Origin: Azolla caroliniana
Taxonomy: Eukaryota > Plantae > Polypodiophyta
NCBI GenBank assembly: GCA_043228905.1
Contig: JBHGNT010000021.1
Span: 2,356,001-2,420,000, forward strand
Length of the DNA: 64,000 nt
Direction of reading: 5' to 3'
The position numbers and the translations under genes are program-made. This document shows positions 60,637 through 64,000 of this stretch, one piece after another. Each line of letters opens with the position of its first letter. Positions within the stretch are counted from its first letter, which is position 1. The notes under the pieces were generated by a model. It searched no databases. It was given only the letters and a program-made list of their open reading frames with translations, and was not told the origin of the DNA.

Positions 60637-63600
60637 TCATTTTCTGGTCCCCCCCGATTTGTTCGGGTCGGTTCGCGCTGATACCGGATCCTTCTGTCGG
60701 TTTTCCGGGATAGTCTTTGTCAGTATCGGTGTCGGTTCTTCCTCGGTTCGGATATCTGCAGCAGCGTTTGTTGGTGTCGGTTCTTCATCTTGCCGGATTT
60801 CCGGGTTTTTCTTGAACGGGTTGGCTGGCATATTTCCCTTACACGGCTTTAGCCGAAACCCATTTGCCCACTTACCGATGACTTCTCCAGACAACGTGCG
60901 GAGCTGATACGACCCATTGTACTCCTTGGTGATCCAGAACAGTCCGGTCCACCGAAACCGCAACTTTCCCGGCATGTTCCCCATCTGTGTCTGGAATAGT
61001 AGCACCGGTTTCCCGACTTCGAACTCCTTTTCGTTGCCACGCCGGTGTCGGTCCACGAAAGCTTTTCTCCTCCTTTGCTCCAGTTCGAGTTGTAGTAAGC
61101 TGGCTATTCAGTTTTCTTCTAATTCCAACAACGTCGCCAGCCGGATTCGTTCGGACTCCTTCTCACTTAAGCGCTCCTTTACCTAGATCCGTAAGCTGGG
61201 GATCTGGAACTCTACCGGCATGACCGCTTCTAAACCGAATGCTAGTCGGAACGGGGTTGTCCGGATGCTGGTTTTGTATGTTGTTCGGTACGCCCATAGC
61301 GCGCTTTGCAATTTCGTATCCCAGTCGGTCCGGTTCTCGTTGACGATTTTTCGTAGGATGTTCTGCAAAGTTTTGTTCGTTGATTCCGCTAGTCCATTGG
61401 CTTGAGGGTAGTAGGGAGTACTCCTTTTATGTACCACCGCGTAAAATGACGTCAGGCTTTCTACTACCTGCCCGAGAAAATGTCCTCCTTGGTCACTTAT
61501 AAGCTCGATCGGGCATCCATACCGGCACCATATGCACTCGTACAGGAACTTTGTCGTGGACGCGGCCGTGTTGTCCCGTAAGGCCTTTGCTTCTACCCAT
61601 TTGGTGCAATAGTCGGTCGCCACTATGACATATCGATTTCCGGTTCGCATTGCCGGTGGCTTGAAGGGACCGACAAAGTCCAAACCCCACTTTTGAAACG
61701 GTTCCAATGGCAAGACCGGGTGGTGTGGCATCCGGGCCTGCTCCGTGGGTTGGCCCAGTCGTTGACACAAATCGCATTCTCTGCTATACTTCATGGCATC
61801 TTTTAGGGTGGTGGGCCACCACAGTCCGCTCTACCATATTTTCCGAGCGGTTGCGTCGCCGGCATAATGCCCACCGGCAATTCCACAATGGGCTTCCCTG
61901 AGGATTAAATCCTTCTCATCGCTCCGCACTGCTCGTCTCCAGATGCCATCTGCCCCCTTGTGATAGAGGGTGTCTCCAACCAAGCAGAAATGTCTGCTTC
62001 TTATTGCTACCCTTTTCCTTTCATCGCGGTCCATGTTCTCCGGGGGTACTCCGGTGCTCAGGAACTGATGCATCTCAGTTAGCCACGTGTCTTTATCGGC
62101 TACCGTTGCATCCGTTGCCGGTTCCGTCGTGATCCGGAACAACTCGGCGTCGGGGAACTCATCCTGGACGCCGTCCCTTGCTTCTCCGGATTCGAGTCTG
62201 CTTAGGTAGTCCGCTACCGCATGCTGCGCCCCGGGTCGGTGGAAAATGTCGAATTCAAATTCCTGTAACAACAATGTCCATCGTGCAATTTTTCCCGTCA
62301 GGGATGCCTTCGAGACTAGGTGGAGTAGTGCCGAATGGTCGACATGGAAGGAAAACTTCCTTCCGAGCAGATAGTGCCTGTACTTTGTGACACTATACAC
62401 CATTCCCAATGCCTCGCGTTCCGTCGTAGAGTAGTTCCGTTCGGCTTTTGAGAGTTTCCGGCTTGCGTAGTACACCGGTCGGTACCATTTCGGCTCCGTG
62501 AGTTGCATCAGAACGCTGCCGATTGCTACGTCCGACGCGTCGACGAGGACGTGAAAGCTTTTACTCCAATCCAGCGGTTGCACCACCGGAGCTTGCGACA
62601 GCATAACCTTCAACGCTTGGTAGGCTTCCTCCTCCGTCTCCGCCCATAGGAAGGGTACCCTGTGTACGGCAGTATGTAATGGTGTAGCGAAGTCTGCGAG
62701 GTGCCGTATCATCCGGCTATGCCACCTTATTTGGCCCAGGAACCGGCTTAAAGCCTTTGCGTTATTTGGTGCTGGTGCCTCGAGAATCGCCTTGACTTTA
62801 TCCGGATCTACCGCGATTCCTTCCTTACTCACCACGTGCCCTAGTAAGTTGCCGCTTGCCACTCCAAAGACGCACTTGGCCGGGTTCAGACTCAACCGGT
62901 ACTCGCGGCACTTCTCCAAGCACAGCCGGAGGTGATCGAGATGCTCTCCGTGCCAGCTGTAGACCACGAAATCGTCAAGGAAGACCTGCATAAAACCGGG
63001 GATATATTCCCCGAAAATTTCCATTATTATCCTTTGAAAGGTCGTTGGAGCCGTCTTTAGTCCGAACATCATCACGACCGAGACGAACACTCCCCATTCC
63101 GTAACGAACGTTGTCTTCTCTTGGTCGGCCGGGTTCATTCGTATTTGGTTGTAGCCGCTAAATCCATCCAGGAAGCTGTAAACTTCGTGGCCGGCTACCG
63201 CATCTAACACCCCGTCCGTAAATGGTAGTGGAAACGCATCGGTCACTGTTGCGGCATTTAGTTTGCGATAGTCCACGCATACCCGGATTTTGCCGTTCTT
63301 TTTCGGGACCACCACTATCGGACTCAGCCAGGTTGCCTACTTGACCGGTCGGATAAATCCAACCCGGAGGAGCTTATCAATTTCCTCCTTCACCTTCGCC
63401 GCATAATTCGGATTCATCCGGTACCTGCGTTGAGCGATCGGTTTCGCGTCCGTACTTAGGTGAATTTGGTGCTGATAGAGCTGGGGGTCCAGCCCTCGCA
63501 TGTCTTCGTACGACCACGCGAACACATCCTTGAAGTCTATTAATAATGCTACCATTGCCTTCTTTTCTTCCTTCGGCAATTCCTTTGCGACATTTACCGG

Positions 63601-64000
63601 TCGGGGCTTGTTTGTTGTGCCGAGGTCCACCTCCTCTAGTTGGGATGCTTTTACCCTTTGGGATATCGTCATTTCCCTCTCTAGGGATTCCTGCGCTTGT
63701 CGCAGTTCCCGGATCGCCGCTTGGTCCGGTTCGTCCGGCGTCGTAATGTACGGTTCTACTGCCGCCGTGATATCCACCTCAAATAGTGGGACGATTCGTG
63801 GGTGTTCCTCGAGGTACCGCTCGACTTCCTCGTCCGGTAATCCCTCCAACATGTTGATGCTTTCCGCATACAATGGAGTTGCTTCCTTACTGGCGATCAC
63901 CCGTGGTTGCGTCGTTACTCGTACCTTTGTTTTCCCTCGCCGGAATGTGATCATGTTCTTTTGCCAGTTTTGCTTGATATGCGCCGTTCGCAGCCATGGT
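60637..64000 (-). pseudogene. Gypsy pol (RT, RNase H, integrase) with three in-frame TAG stops
   Basis: VPKKNGKIRVCVDYRKLN, FLDGFSGYNQI, FLDDF, VDASD, YSTTEREAL, WGLDFVGP and ISDQGGHF. Stops at 63337, 61831 and 61183. Confidence 0.92.

Larger units (their letters stand above)
56879..64000 (-). mobile_element. Non-chromovirus Ty3/gypsy (Athila/OTA-like) with extra 3' ORF, inserted into the copia 5' LTR; continues past the right edge
   Basis: Begins TGTTG exactly where the copia LTR homology stops. pol runs RT-RH-IN. The 3' LTR probably spans 56879 to ~57851 (inner boundary uncertain). Confidence 0.88.

Noticed and set aside
35139-63746. Numerous antisense and alternate-frame ORFs over the retroelements
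   Set aside because: Shadow ORFs expected in GC-rich coding DNA, with no independent motifs.
32242-64000. Bacterial contamination or horizontal transfer suggested by the GC jump
   Set aside because: The GC-rich DNA is accounted for by LTR retrotransposons with LTR, PBS, PPT and TSD junctions nested in host sequence.

Overview
Eukaryotic land-plant genomic DNA, most likely from a plant with flagellated sperm (fern or lycophyte type; inferred from gene and transposon content). The AT-rich left half (1-~29 kb) holds three intron-containing minus-strand genes. These are the 5' end of an eIF2B-delta gene (runs off the left edge), a complete 11-exon DNAAF1/ODA7/LRRC50 dynein-assembly-factor gene that the ORF track misses because of its micro-exons, and a complete 8-coding-exon purple acid phosphatase. 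Decayed LINE fragments, microsatellites and a ~2.8 kb diverged inverted repeat lie between and within them. The right half (~29.4-64 kb) is a nest of LTR retrotransposons, apparently about five levels deep: an old chromovirus, two related Ty1/copia copies, a chimeric Tork/Tnt1-like copia with mismatched LTRs plus a solo LTR of that family, a non-chromovirus gypsy, an Athila/OTA-like gypsy with a large extra 3' ORF, and a very young Tcn1/Tf1-like chromovirus. That young element shows an 11-nt self-priming PBS, a -1 frameshift signal, and an outward-facing tRNA-like Pol III A/B-box module at its LTR edge. All coordinates and translations were read by hand and no database searches were run.
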